This document shows positions 10,196 to 19,027 of a DNA stretch of 64,000 bases, one piece after another. The notes under the pieces are model-generated. The model did not search any database and was not told where the DNA came from. It worked only from the letters and a program-made list of their open reading frames with translations. The translations under genes and the position numbers were made by a program. This DNA comes from a virus. The stretch's first letter is position 1; each line of letters opens with the position of its first letter. The stretch lies in IMG/VR virus record IMGVR_UViG_3300042387_002391; one strand, given 5' to 3'.

Positions 10196-10873
10196 CTTCC
10201 CAACTTGGCGAGATGAAAGAACGCAAGCCATACGCTCTCGGACAAACGTTCTCAGAACTCTTCTCTGAGCCTCATACAACTCAATCCTTACTTTGCCTTT
10301 ATCAAGGTTTATAATATAAAAAAAGTTTTCTGCAAAATAAATGATATCGTCTTTGCATTTTACTAACTCACTAACCATGTCTGCAGTAAACTCATACTGA
10401 GCTCCTGCTACTGGAATGTTTTTAGAACCTCTATAATAATATGAAGGATCGATTGGTTCTTGGTTAATAATTTTTTGTGTGGAAGTATTATAACCAGCTT
10501 CTGTAAATTTATCGTCGTCTAGAGTAGCATTCAGCAAATCATTCTCTGTTACTTTTGGAGCTTTGGTTTTTTTTACAGGTTTCGCTTCCAAGGTTTGAGA
10601 AACCTCGAACTCTTCCTTCTCTTTCTTTTCTTTCTTCTCTAACTGCTTAACGGTTGGAATTCTAATAACCTTTCCGTCTTTTTTAATAATAGGTGGTCTA
10701 CCAATTGGTCTTTTCTTCCCAGACCCTTTCGGACGTCCTCTCCTTGGCTTATTTTTAACGCCCTTTGGACGCCCTCCCTTATTCTTAAAAACTGGCTGCT
10801 CTTGCTGAGAGTGCTCGTTGCTTTGAGAAATTTCTGGAGCTGCTTGGTTATCTTGTTCTGACTGTTCTTCCAT
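10097..10873 (-). CDS. terL: Large terminase fragment 1 (AT-hook-like N-extension, Walker A, IntN)
   Basis: CKDDIIYFAENFFYI, LYEAQ and SRQVGK as in T4-like gp17; GRP repeats near the N-terminus. Confidence 0.88.
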   Translation of the reverse strand: MEEQSEQDNQAAPEISQSNEHSQQEQPVFKNKGGRPKGVKNKPRRGRPKGSGKKRPIGRPPIIKKDGKVIRIPTVKQLEKKEKKEKEEFEVSQTLEAKPVKKTKAPKVTENDLLNATLDDDKFTEAGYNTSTQKIINQEPIDPSYYYRGSKNIPVAGAQYEFTADMVSELVKCKDDIIYFAENFFYIINLDKGKVRIELYEAQRRVLRTFVRERMACVLSSRQVGKCLQSESIIKVRNKKTGEIQEISVKDLFELASK

Positions 10874-10904
10874 GGCTTCTAATTAGCCCTCAGAAGCACC
10901 TTTT

Positions 10905-11255
10905 TCAAGGTCTGTTATTAGCAATCTCGAGAAACGTTGCTCGCATAAGATCTACCAAAGCAGCTTCGTCTCTTGGAGTATTTGCATTAAAAACACACAC
11001 TTGTTCTCCCTGCAAAGTATAACCAACAATGGAAAAGCAACTCAAATATTCTTCAGTCATCAAAGTCAGATGATCAATTTCTTTGTGCTTTTGCTTTTTG
11101 TCCTGCAAGACTTCATTCTTATGTCTCGCAAGTGCCTGAGCAAATAATTGGTTTATTTCAACCTTTTCGGTTTTTGAAGCTGGCTTAATACTCTCTGCAG
11201 CCAAATTTTGTTTCTTTTTAGTTTTTGCAGAAGTGCTTGTTTTTTTAGTAGCCAT
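10905..11255 (-). CDS. Hypothetical protein
   Basis: 116-aa ORF collinear with the operon. Confidence 0.6.
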   Translation of the reverse strand: MATKKTSTSAKTKKKQNLAAESIKPASKTEKVEINQLFAQALARHKNEVLQDKKQKHKEIDHLTLMTEEYLSCFSIVGYTLQGEQVCVFNANTPRDEAALVDLMRATFLEIANNRP

Positions 11256-11259
11256 AAAT

Positions 11260-11586
11260 TTAAAGTTCTTGATCTTTGATTGAAACTCCTTTTCCGATGA
11301 TTCCGTGCCTTACAAGATGTTCAATAATAACTTCAAATGAAGAAGTTTGGATTTTTAAGCGACCTGGAATGTATTGGTTGCCGTCATACAATTCAAAGAA
11401 TGATTCGTTGATGTAAGGATCATTTATATAGCAAGTAAACCAAACCGAAGCAACTCCAGGATCAACCATAATTGACCAGGCTCTCGGATCGTTTTCTCCG
11501 TAATCTACAAAGAGCTTGTGAGCAACATAGCCGGAATCTCTGAATCTCTTCAGAGTATAACCAAGCGTTGTTAGTTTGTTTGCCAT
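11260..11586 (-). CDS. Hypothetical protein (start moved to MANKLTT)
   Basis: TAATTA-N5-ATG upstream of 11586; globular-looking sequence. Confidence 0.6.
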   Translation of the reverse strand: MANKLTTLGYTLKRFRDSGYVAHKLFVDYGENDPRAWSIMVDPGVASVWFTCYINDPYINESFFELYDGNQYIPGRLKIQTSSFEVIIEHLVRHGIIGKGVSIKDQEL

Positions 11587-11668
11587 GTTTTTAATTACTA
11601 CTAATAATGCACTAGGTCTAGCAAAAGACAATAACGAAAAAAAAAACAATTTTAGATAAGTAAATTAT

Positions 11669-12412
11669 ATGTCTATTAAAATTTACGATAAAGCCAAGAT
11701 CTTCGGAAAAACAAAAGTGGTAGTCGGTTCTAATGAGGAGATTCCTACTTCGAGTTACAGCGTAGTTTTTGGAGATGGTTACACGGACGAACCAATAACA
11801 GAAGCTAACGAAGGTTCGTATGTTTCATTAACTTTATTAACTTTAGAAACTGATGCCCCGAACGGAACTGAAATTCCTTACACCATAACCGGCATTTCCG
11901 AACAAGATTCATCATTACCTTTGAATGGAGTATTTGTTGTTGGCGTTGACCAACAACGTCGCTTTACTGTGGCAGAAGACTTCTTAACAGAAGGACCAGA
12001 AACAATGGTCATTACTTTAGATGGAATTACTCCAACTGTTTCTGCTGCTTTAGTTATTAATGATACTTCTACGACTCCTGTTCCAACTTATACTCCGTTT
12101 TTTGGTGACGGTAACTATGTTAACTTATTAACAGAAGCTAATGAGGGTGATTACACGGTATATGTATTACAGACTACAAATGTAACCCAAGGAACAGTAA
12201 TACCTTACACTATAACAGGCATTTCTCCAAGCGACATCAATGTTCCTCTTCAAGGAAGTTTAGTAATTGAAGCAAATCGTGAGGGATATATCTTCTTTAC
12301 AATAGCTGATGACCTCTCAACAGAAGGACCAGAAACAATGGTCATTACTTTAGATGGAATTACTCCAACTGTTTCTGCTGCTTTAGTTATTAATGATACT
12401 TCTACAGAGTAA
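11669..12412 (+). CDS. Tandem Ig-like/Calx-beta-like protein, probable virion decoration protein
   Basis: Two ~110-aa beta-rich repeats (EANEG...IPYTITGI...TEGPETMVITLD); TAGATAAGTA late-type promoter; antisense to neighbours. Confidence 0.65.
   Translation: MSIKIYDKAKIFGKTKVVVGSNEEIPTSSYSVVFGDGYTDEPITEANEGSYVSLTLLTLETDAPNGTEIPYTITGISEQDSSLPLNGVFVVGVDQQRRFTVAEDFLTEGPETMVITLDGITPTVSAALVINDTSTTPVPTYTPFFGDGNYVNLLTEANEGDYTVYVLQTTNVTQGTVIPYTITGISPSDINVPLQGSLVIEANREGYIFFTIADDLSTEGPETMVITLDGITPTVSAALVINDTSTE
11986..12405 (+). repeat. Perfect 87-nt direct repeat (11986-12072, 12319-12405)
   Basis: Identical aacagaaggaccagaaac...tgatacttctac at the 3' end of each domain repeat. Confidence 0.9.
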
Positions 12413-12426
12413 TTTTGCATTCAAAC

Positions 12427-13143
12427 TCACTTAACAAGTCCAGAAGCAATATATTTCAAATAAGGGGTAACAAATTTAAAGATCTTGAGCTTGTGATTAA
12501 TAGAGACTTTAATAGTTTCGTGAGCAAATGACATCAGAAGAATGTTCTGAATATTCAGAGGTACATTCTCAATAATTGGACTTCCTTGAAATTGCAGAGC
12601 TGCTTCACAAACAATCTCGTTTGTATTTGCTCTCTGTTCATCACCAATTTTCGCAAACACCTTGCCTTCTTTTGTAACAAAATAAAGTTTTTCAGCATCT
12701 GGAATAATTGAATTAAATTTCAAAATTTCCGAGAACTTTGATTTAGAAATTTCGAAGGTGGTATCGAACTCAATAGCATTCAGTTTCTCTTCACTGATTG
12801 ATTTCTTTGCAACCATATAGCTCTCATCAAGCAAATGATACTTGAAAGAAATTGTTGGGCTGATATATTCAATAGCATTTGTTCCAACAACCAAACTTAT
12901 CTCATCTTGCTCAATGCCAGCAAATAGTCTCAAAAACGTTTTGCAATCAGGAATAATACATTTGAAAGGCTGCTCACACTTGCTTGGAAGAGAAGCAAGA
13001 AGAATTGTTGCATTGTCAACAGAAGTTACGAGAGTCTTTATTGTTCCATCTTCCTGAACATCCAAACAAATATTATCAGAAATTTTTGAAGCAGGACCAA
13101 GAAGATTATCGACAAATGTGCGCCGGTCAAGTTTAATTGTCAT
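12427..13143 (-). CDS. gp45: DNA polymerase sliding clamp (gp45-like)
   Basis: 238 aa; two-domain beta-clamp-like pattern (IPDCKTFL, FKYHLLD, YLKYIAS); replication context. Confidence 0.65.
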   Translation of the reverse strand: MTIKLDRRTFVDNLLGPASKISDNICLDVQEDGTIKTLVTSVDNATILLASLPSKCEQPFKCIIPDCKTFLRLFAGIEQDEISLVVGTNAIEYISPTISFKYHLLDESYMVAKKSISEEKLNAIEFDTTFEISKSKFSEILKFNSIIPDAEKLYFVTKEGKVFAKIGDEQRANTNEIVCEAALQFQGSPIIENVPLNIQNILLMSFAHETIKVSINHKLKIFKFVTPYLKYIASGLVK

Positions 13144-13589
13144 TTGATGCGACTGACTCTCTTACTTTTTACTTGGATGTCAACTTCGTCGAGACGATTT
13201 GCGATGCGCTCAAGATTGCTATTAATCTTTTCAAAAATGGCTTGCAACTTACTATCAAAAGCAGGAGCAGCAATTGGAGCAATTTGTTGAGCAAGAGATG
13301 GAGCAGGAGCTTGCTGAACATAATGTTGCTCTTGAATTGGAGAAATTGTCTGCTCATTGATTGGATAAGAGTTTTCTGCTTCTCTTTGAAGAAGCGCAAG
13401 CATTTCTTTCTCTTTGTTGTTCTGGAAGTTGTGCTGAGGAAATCCTTGTGTGAGGATTTGTTTTGGATCAATGCGAGTTGCTTGTTGAGTTGCACTGGTT
13501 CTTTCTGTAGTATTGTGATCAACTCTCAGAAGCTCGCTTCCAAAGATTTGAGCAATTTGTGCTGCTGCGATTTTGTCTTCAGTAATCAT
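13140..13589 (-). CDS. Hypothetical Gln-rich protein
   Basis: ORF 13140-13640 in the track; probable ATG at 13589; ATGA overlap with the clamp gene. Confidence 0.55.
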   Translation of the reverse strand: MITEDKIAAAQIAQIFGSELLRVDHNTTERTSATQQATRIDPKQILTQGFPQHNFQNNKEKEMLALLQREAENSYPINEQTISPIQEQHYVQQAPAPSLAQQIAPIAAPAFDSKLQAIFEKINSNLERIANRLDEVDIQVKSKRVSRIK

Positions 13590-13620
13590 TTGGTTTACCT
13601 TAAACCACTTTTTAAATGTT

Positions 13621-13959
13621 TCAACTAGATTTTTGAACATTGAGATTTATGGGATATTTGGGTTCCAACCAAAGCTGCGTGTCGTCAAATATTTCAACAG
13701 AGTTTGTGTAATTAAAGCGTTCTAACGCTTTCTTAACCTCTGATGTTTCTTCTGAAGAAAGAGGACTTGTTAGAAATATAACCGTTTTAAAAGATTTTGG
13801 CGGAGTTGTTATTTCATGCCTTTCGACTTTTTTGTCGATAATTTTTAAAACTTCTTCAGTTAATTTTTCGATCTCTGGAGAAGAAAACAAACCTTCTTCA
13901 AAGCAGTATTTGTCAAATTCTTCTTGAAGTAATTGGCTAAATTTTTTAGTCATGCTCAC
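13621..13959 (-). CDS. Hypothetical protein with KKFSQLLQEE leader
   Basis: 112-aa ORF; TAGAAT just upstream. Confidence 0.55.
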   Translation of the reverse strand: MSMTKKFSQLLQEEFDKYCFEEGLFSSPEIEKLTEEVLKIIDKKVERHEITTPPKSFKTVIFLTSPLSSEETSEVKKALERFNYTNSVEIFDDTQLWLEPKYPINLNVQKSS

Positions 13960-14053
13960 AAGACATTCTAAAGAGTTTTTTGAAAATGTTAACTAGATAA
14001 ATTAAAGAATCATTTTATTGTTTTTGACATGATCTTTTTTTATACAAAAAGAC

Positions 14054-14085
14054 AAAAAAAAAGAGCTTCCGAAGAAGCTCTTTTT
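14054..14085 (-). terminator. Intrinsic terminator after folE2
   Basis: GAGCTTC-TTCG-GAAGCTC followed by poly-T on the minus strand. Confidence 0.85.
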
Positions 14086-14112
14086 AACATTTTCGAAACG
14101 TTCACTGTGAGA

Positions 14113-15132
14113 TTAACAAACTAAACTATCATAAACTTCTACAGGCACGTCTGGTGTCAGGCCTCCCTTAACTCCTTTTACTATTACAGATACAGCGTTG
14201 TGACTGTGTAGAGATTCAAGATGAGAGCAAATTGCTTTAAAATCTTTAATTCTCGGATCTGCATCCAATTGTTCGTGAAGCAACCGAGCTGCGTCCTCAA
14301 CAAATTTCAAATAAGATCCGTTAGCGATAGCAAAAAACATCTCATCTTCTCGCTTAACCATAACTTGGGTCTCTGTGCGCAAGGCATTCAGACACATATC
14401 CTTTAGGTCTTCAATCCAAACCATGTCTTCAAACTCTACAGTAATTCGAGCTTTGGATCGCTGAGAGTGCGGAACGACCAATTTGTTCATTTCTTCCATT
14501 GCTTGCAAAGAAAGAGTACTTGAACACGGACAAGCGCTAGAGTATACCATGTCAAAGTGCATGAACTTCTTAACTGAACCATCCTCTTTGTGATGAGCCT
14601 CCAAAGAGACATTGTAATATTGATAACCTTCTAAGCCGCTTTTCAATGATTTCTGGATAATCGGATAACTAAAATTCAAAATAATGTGAGCATCATATGA
14701 GCCAAGTTTTTCGCGATATGTTCCGAGAACTTTTTCAAGGAGTTCGATCGAGAATACTTCATCCTTGTATTCATAAAACGAACGCATGATGCGAGACATG
14801 TTGATGCCTTTCTTTTCTGCTTCTAGCGAAACTGTTCCCGTAACAGAGGTTTCGAGATCATAGGTTAGACCTCCCTCTTTCCTTTTGAATTTAAGAGGAA
14901 GTCTGAAATTGTGAATACCAACTTGATGTATTTTTGTGTGACTTCCTTGAATATTTGCAGAAGGCCCATTCTGGAGATCTGCCATCGAAGCCTTAAAATC
15001 TTCTGTCGCAATAAAATCTTCGTCATATGTCCTGTCAAGAGTCGCATATAGCGTACCTTCCTTGCGATCATATGGAATAATTTCCGACTTAGTTGAATCT
15101 TCTCCTAGCCATTCGTATGTTTTTTCTGTCAT
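14113..15132 (-). CDS. folE2: GTP cyclohydrolase IB (FolE2)
   Basis: KKGINMSR, SACPCS, PHSQRS, VKREDE, FVEDAAR and HLESLHSHNA motifs. Confidence 0.93.
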   Translation of the reverse strand: MTEKTYEWLGEDSTKSEIIPYDRKEGTLYATLDRTYDEDFIATEDFKASMADLQNGPSANIQGSHTKIHQVGIHNFRLPLKFKRKEGGLTYDLETSVTGTVSLEAEKKGINMSRIMRSFYEYKDEVFSIELLEKVLGTYREKLGSYDAHIILNFSYPIIQKSLKSGLEGYQYYNVSLEAHHKEDGSVKKFMHFDMVYSSACPCSSTLSLQAMEEMNKLVVPHSQRSKARITVEFEDMVWIEDLKDMCLNALRTETQVMVKREDEMFFAIANGSYLKFVEDAARLLHEQLDADPRIKDFKAICSHLESLHSHNAVSVIVKGVKGGLTPDVPVEVYDSLVC

Positions 15133-15140
15133 AATTTATG

Positions 15141-15168
15141 ATTGTATAATACTTTTTAAATTCTTCAA
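15141..15168 (-). promoter_or_regulatory. Sigma70-type promoter TTGAAG-N16-TACAAT
   Basis: -10 lies 8 nt from the folE2 ATG; same architecture recurs across the window. Confidence 0.7.
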
Positions 15169-15175
15169 TAAAAAA

Positions 15176-15210
15176 TTAACAGCAAAGCTCTTTAAACTTT
15201 GCTGTTAAAA
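15176..15210 (-). terminator. Terminator hairpin after the SSB gene
   Basis: ttaacagcaaag..ctttgctgttaa inverted repeat with an adjacent A-run on the plus strand. Confidence 0.7.
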
Positions 15211-15222
15211 TCCTTTTAATTT

Positions 15223-16173
15223 TTACAGATCTGCAAGAAGTTTCTTGAGCTTGTCATCTGTTGAATCTTCGGAATCGTCTTCACCGTTCTCAGCAGCAAA
15301 TACTGAAGGCTTCGAAGAAGCTGCTGGTGCTTTTTCACTAATATCAAAGACCTCTTCAACAACGTTTCCGATCTTCGTAACACTCGAAGGCTTCTCATTA
15401 CGAATCGGAGCATACTCATCAGAATCATCTTCCGGAGCAGAACCAGTCGTCAAGTTAAAGAAGTGCTCATCAAGCAAGCGCTGCATCTCGGAAGACGTTG
15501 TTTGCTTATTGACTGCTTTAAGATCATGAATAGATCCAAGAATTGCCTCGACGTCAACTTCAATTGTAGAAGCAGACAAGAACTTCGAAGAAGCATAAGT
15601 GACATACTGAGCTTTTCCGCCACGAGCTCCTGTACGGTTTTCACATTTGATGCGTAGAGTGCTTCCGTTCTCAACATCAAAGACTTTTTCTACTCCAAAC
15701 TCATCAGCATCATCGCCCTCCAAGGCGCTTTCAATAATCTTAGCCATTTCCTTACCATAGCGAAGAATCTTAACTTTGCCTTCATTCTCCGGATTCTCTG
15801 GATCAGAAATAACGAGAACGTTGACCATCCAACCTTCTTTGCGCGAAAGAACCTTTGCTGCTTCTTTCTCGGATTCGGTTCCAGTGCGATAAGTCTTCAA
15901 GTAGTATGCATCGATCGGACAAGTTTCTCCAAAGGTAGTTGGACAGAGTGCTGTTACAAACTTTCCGGTAGCAACAGAATTCCAACCATGGTTATAATAG
16001 TGGAAGATTGTCTCTTTCGGAGAGCTGGGATTTGGAAGCAAACGAACTTGATAAGTGTTGCCTGGTGTGAATTTTAGGATTTCTTTATAAAGGCCATTGC
16101 CTCCCTTTTCTTTCTCACCAGAAGAAAGAGATTGCTTGATGGCTTCGAACATGGATTTAGTGTTAATACTCAT
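15223..16173 (-). CDS. gp32: Single-stranded DNA-binding protein (gp32)
   Basis: VRLLP, CPTTFGETCPI, DPENPENEGKVK motifs; acidic tail ending LLADL. Confidence 0.9.
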   Translation of the reverse strand: MSINTKSMFEAIKQSLSSGEKEKGGNGLYKEILKFTPGNTYQVRLLPNPSSPKETIFHYYNHGWNSVATGKFVTALCPTTFGETCPIDAYYLKTYRTGTESEKEAAKVLSRKEGWMVNVLVISDPENPENEGKVKILRYGKEMAKIIESALEGDDADEFGVEKVFDVENGSTLRIKCENRTGARGGKAQYVTYASSKFLSASTIEVDVEAILGSIHDLKAVNKQTTSSEMQRLLDEHFFNLTTGSAPEDDSDEYAPIRNEKPSSVTKIGNVVEEVFDISEKAPAASSKPSVFAAENGEDDSEDSTDDKLKKLLADL

Positions 16174-16183
16174 TTCAAAATTA

Positions 16184-16211
16184 ATCTTACATTATCTCTC
16201 AGGACAGTCAA
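16184..16211 (-). promoter_or_regulatory. Sigma70-type promoter TTGACT-N16-TAAGAT
   Basis: Directly upstream of the SSB gene. Confidence 0.7.
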
Positions 16212-16219
16212 CAAAAAGA

Positions 16220-16888
16220 TCAAATTTCTCTTTGCAATTGCTTGTAAACAAACTCTGTGAGTGACGGAATTGCCTTCTTAACATACGGCCGGAGGATAAC
16301 AGACTTTGTATAAAGAGCATACAAGGTTTTAAATTGTTCTACAAACTCTCCAATAAAGAATCCTCTAACATCTTCTGCAAGCGTTTGGACAGATGAATAA
16401 ACGTCAGGAAACTCCATAACTGTATAGACGTTAATCTTGTTCTCTTTGTAGTGAGCCATCCAAGTAAATGCATCCGAAGTTTGATGAGACGGATATTGAT
16501 AAAATTGGATTTTATTCTGAACACAGAAGTTTGCAATAAATCTCAAGGACTCTTTGACTTCTTCAATCTGACTATCAGGATCCTGCAAAAATTGTTGCTT
16601 CTTGTAGGTTGTATATGCTTTGACAGCACGCATCGTTGAAAAATAATCTAAGCCAAAGTATTCAACGTCCGGATAAAGCTTATAAGGAGCCTGGAAAAAG
16701 ATGTCTGGATTAATTTCTGGATGCTTCTTAAAGAGGATTGAAATACGCTTTAAAAATTTGTGCTTATCTGTATCAATAATGTCTCCGAAGTCCTTTTTAA
16801 TTTTAAAGGGTTTGTTTTTTATTGAACGCGATACGATCAGGTGTTTATTATAAAGAGTTTTTTCTAGCTCGGTGATTGGGCTTTGCAT
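16220..16888 (-). CDS. Hypothetical protein, possibly a gp59-like helicase loader
   Basis: 222 aa, immediately upstream of gp32 as gene 59 is in T4; synteny only. Confidence 0.45.
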   Translation of the reverse strand: MQSPITELEKTLYNKHLIVSRSIKNKPFKIKKDFGDIIDTDKHKFLKRISILFKKHPEINPDIFFQAPYKLYPDVEYFGLDYFSTMRAVKAYTTYKKQQFLQDPDSQIEEVKESLRFIANFCVQNKIQFYQYPSHQTSDAFTWMAHYKENKINVYTVMEFPDVYSSVQTLAEDVRGFFIGEFVEQFKTLYALYTKSVILRPYVKKAIPSLTEFVYKQLQREI

Positions 16889-17011
16889 TGATCTTTTGAA
16901 CGATTGATTTGATTACCTTTGATTTTACTAAAAATTTTCATGATATCAAATTTTTGGAGCTACTCTTGTTTCCTTATCTTCTGAGCCCCGTTAAACAATT
17001 TTTTTTGAGCA

Positions 17012-17377
17012 TTAATTTTTAGGGCGCTGAGTCGATTTTTTAGCATTATGGATCCGACGAACAGTTGATTTGGTTACTTTGCTCTTCACAAGTGACGGAT
17101 TCAAATACAACATCGACAGCAAAGCATCTCGAAAATTATTTGAAGAAGTAATCTCAGCAAAGAACTCTTGATAACTTTTATTTTCCAAAAGAAGCGCAAA
17201 AAATGCAGCAGTATTCAACTTCTTGTTCTCAATCATGGAAATCATCGAACCAGCTTTTAGCATTCCATCAATGAATTCTTTTGAAAGCATCTGATCAACT
17301 GGTGATGCTTTTGAATTCTCAATGTCAGAAAAGATGGTTGGTGCCATCTCTTTAATTACTGGGGGACAATAAAACAT
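17012..17377 (-). CDS. Hypothetical protein (intact copy Z)
   Basis: 121-aa ORF, partly duplicated at 18813-19016. Confidence 0.6.
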   Translation of the reverse strand: MFYCPPVIKEMAPTIFSDIENSKASPVDQMLSKEFIDGMLKAGSMISMIENKKLNTAAFFALLLENKSYQEFFAEITSSNNFRDALLSMLYLNPSLVKSKVTKSTVRRIHNAKKSTQRPKN

Positions 17378-17388
17378 TCAACTCGTAC

Positions 17389-18153
17389 TTAATTGCTGTG
17401 CTTTAATTGTTTTGCAAATTTTTGATAAAACTCTTTCTCTTTTGAATTATTTGAAAAGACGAAAGCGAAATCTTCTAAAGAGTCATGCTTCAAAATTAAT
17501 TCTTTCACAACCCAATAAAATTCATAAAATGATATTTTGTCATGCAAAAGTTCTTCGCAATAAATATACTTTGAAGGTTTCTCCGAAAGGTTTAAAATTG
17601 CTTCTTTTTGTGAGTCGAATTCAAATGGATCGACAGTGAAGAACAAAGCACAAAAATTATTTTGGAAAATTATTCTAGTACATGCTGAGTTTTCTTCTGT
17701 ATTTTTAGTAAAGTCAAAGTAATTTGCAATAAGCCAACAAAAATCAGCATTCTTTACATCTCCGTCTTCTTTTAAGAATTTCTGAAAAGCTTCTCGCTCT
17801 TTTGTAATTTTTTCAAAAACTTCTTTTAAAATTTTTGACTTACAACAAAAGATTGTGCAAAATCGACCAACTCCTGAAGAAGGCTGCGTCACGAGTTTTA
17901 AATTATACTCAGCGTATTTTTTAACAATTTGCTTCGCAATTTCTAAATCATCTTCAACAAGAATCGAATCAATCTGCAAATTAAAAAGGTCCTTCAAATC
18001 TTTCTCTGAAACACCGTCATCTTCAAACCACACAACATTGACTTCACGAATTTGTTTAATTTTTTGATGACAAATTGCAAAAGTCTGTTCGTCGAGATAA
18101 GAACAAAAGCTATCAAAAACTTGTAGTCCAGTTTGTTTGTTAATTTTCATCAA
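17389..18153 (-). CDS. Hypothetical protein (Y2, paralog of 19028-19780)
   Basis: Shared C-terminus FAFVF.NNSKEKEFYQKF.KQLK. Confidence 0.65.
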   Translation of the reverse strand: MMKINKQTGLQVFDSFCSYLDEQTFAICHQKIKQIREVNVVWFEDDGVSEKDLKDLFNLQIDSILVEDDLEIAKQIVKKYAEYNLKLVTQPSSGVGRFCTIFCCKSKILKEVFEKITKEREAFQKFLKEDGDVKNADFCWLIANYFDFTKNTEENSACTRIIFQNNFCALFFTVDPFEFDSQKEAILNLSEKPSKYIYCEELLHDKISFYEFYWVVKELILKHDSLEDFAFVFSNNSKEKEFYQKFAKQLKHSN

Positions 18154-18802
18154 ATGTTATTTTGAACAATTTTTTGGAAGCTATAGAAGCAGACCCTCTT
18201 TTATATTGCTTCTTGTTGAGCGGGTCATTTACTAAGTGATCTTCAAATGTTTCTGGTTCAAAATTTGTTGTGCGTTGTTTTGAAAGGCTCTCTACTTTGA
18301 ATCCTCTTTCTAAAGCTTGATTGAGAATTTGTTGCCAAAAGTCTTTGCCGTCACTGTTACAAGAAGGTCCTGATGTCAAAAACGGAAAGAATTTGGGCAA
18401 ATAATCCAAGACAATACTTCTGGTTAACCCGACATTCTCTTTCGTTTTTAATTGACTGACAGATTCTAAGATATAGTTTGTGCTAACTATTGGAGGTTTT
18501 TTGCTTTTAACAAAGAAATATTCAGTTGTTTTTTCTTCAAAAATAACAACTCTGCTTTGATTTTTGTCGTCTTTTATAAAATTAAAAATAAAAACTTTTT
18601 TGTATGCTTCAGAAGTTTCATTTAAAAAAACTTCGTGGTTTATAAAGTTTTCTAACCTTTTGCCTATCTTTTTAATTTTGACGAGGTCTTGATTTTTTTC
18701 TACGTCATAATCTTCCTTTAATTTTTCGTCAGGAAAATAATCTGGAGCCTCTAAAACTAAGCTCTTTTCTACTTCTTCAACGAGTGTGTCAAATTTGTTC
18801 AT
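18140..18802 (-). CDS. Hypothetical protein (X2) with KFDTLVEEVEKS leader
   Basis: Paralog of 19770-20444 (GL.R.IVL.YL, G..FW...L..ALE.GFKV). Confidence 0.65.
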   Translation of the reverse strand: MNKFDTLVEEVEKSLVLEAPDYFPDEKLKEDYDVEKNQDLVKIKKIGKRLENFINHEVFLNETSEAYKKVFIFNFIKDDKNQSRVVIFEEKTTEYFFVKSKKPPIVSTNYILESVSQLKTKENVGLTRSIVLDYLPKFFPFLTSGPSCNSDGKDFWQQILNQALERGFKVESLSKQRTTNFEPETFEDHLVNDPLNKKQYKRGSASIASKKLFKITFDEN

Positions 18803-18812
18803 AGATCATTAA

Positions 18813-19016
18813 TCAATGAGTTTCAGCAAAGAATTCTTGATAACTTTTATTTTCCAAAAGAAGTGCAAAAAATGCAACAGTATTTATCTTCTCGTTTTCA
18901 ATCATGAAAATCATCGAACCAGCTTTCAGCATTCCATCAATGAATTCTTTTGAATTTTCAAGGTCGGAAAAGATGGTTGGAGCCATCTCTTTAATTACTA
19001 GGGGACAATAAAACAT
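18813..19016 (-). pseudogene. Truncated, internally deleted copy of 17012-17377
   Basis: 67 aa; lacks ASPVDQMLSK (deleted between TCAAAAG micro-repeats) and the C-terminal part. Confidence 0.7.
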
Positions 19017-19027
19017 TCAACTCACGC

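Noticed and set aside
11986-12405. DGR template/variable repeat pair
   Set aside because: The copies are identical (no adenine-specific mismatches) and there is no reverse transcriptase in the window
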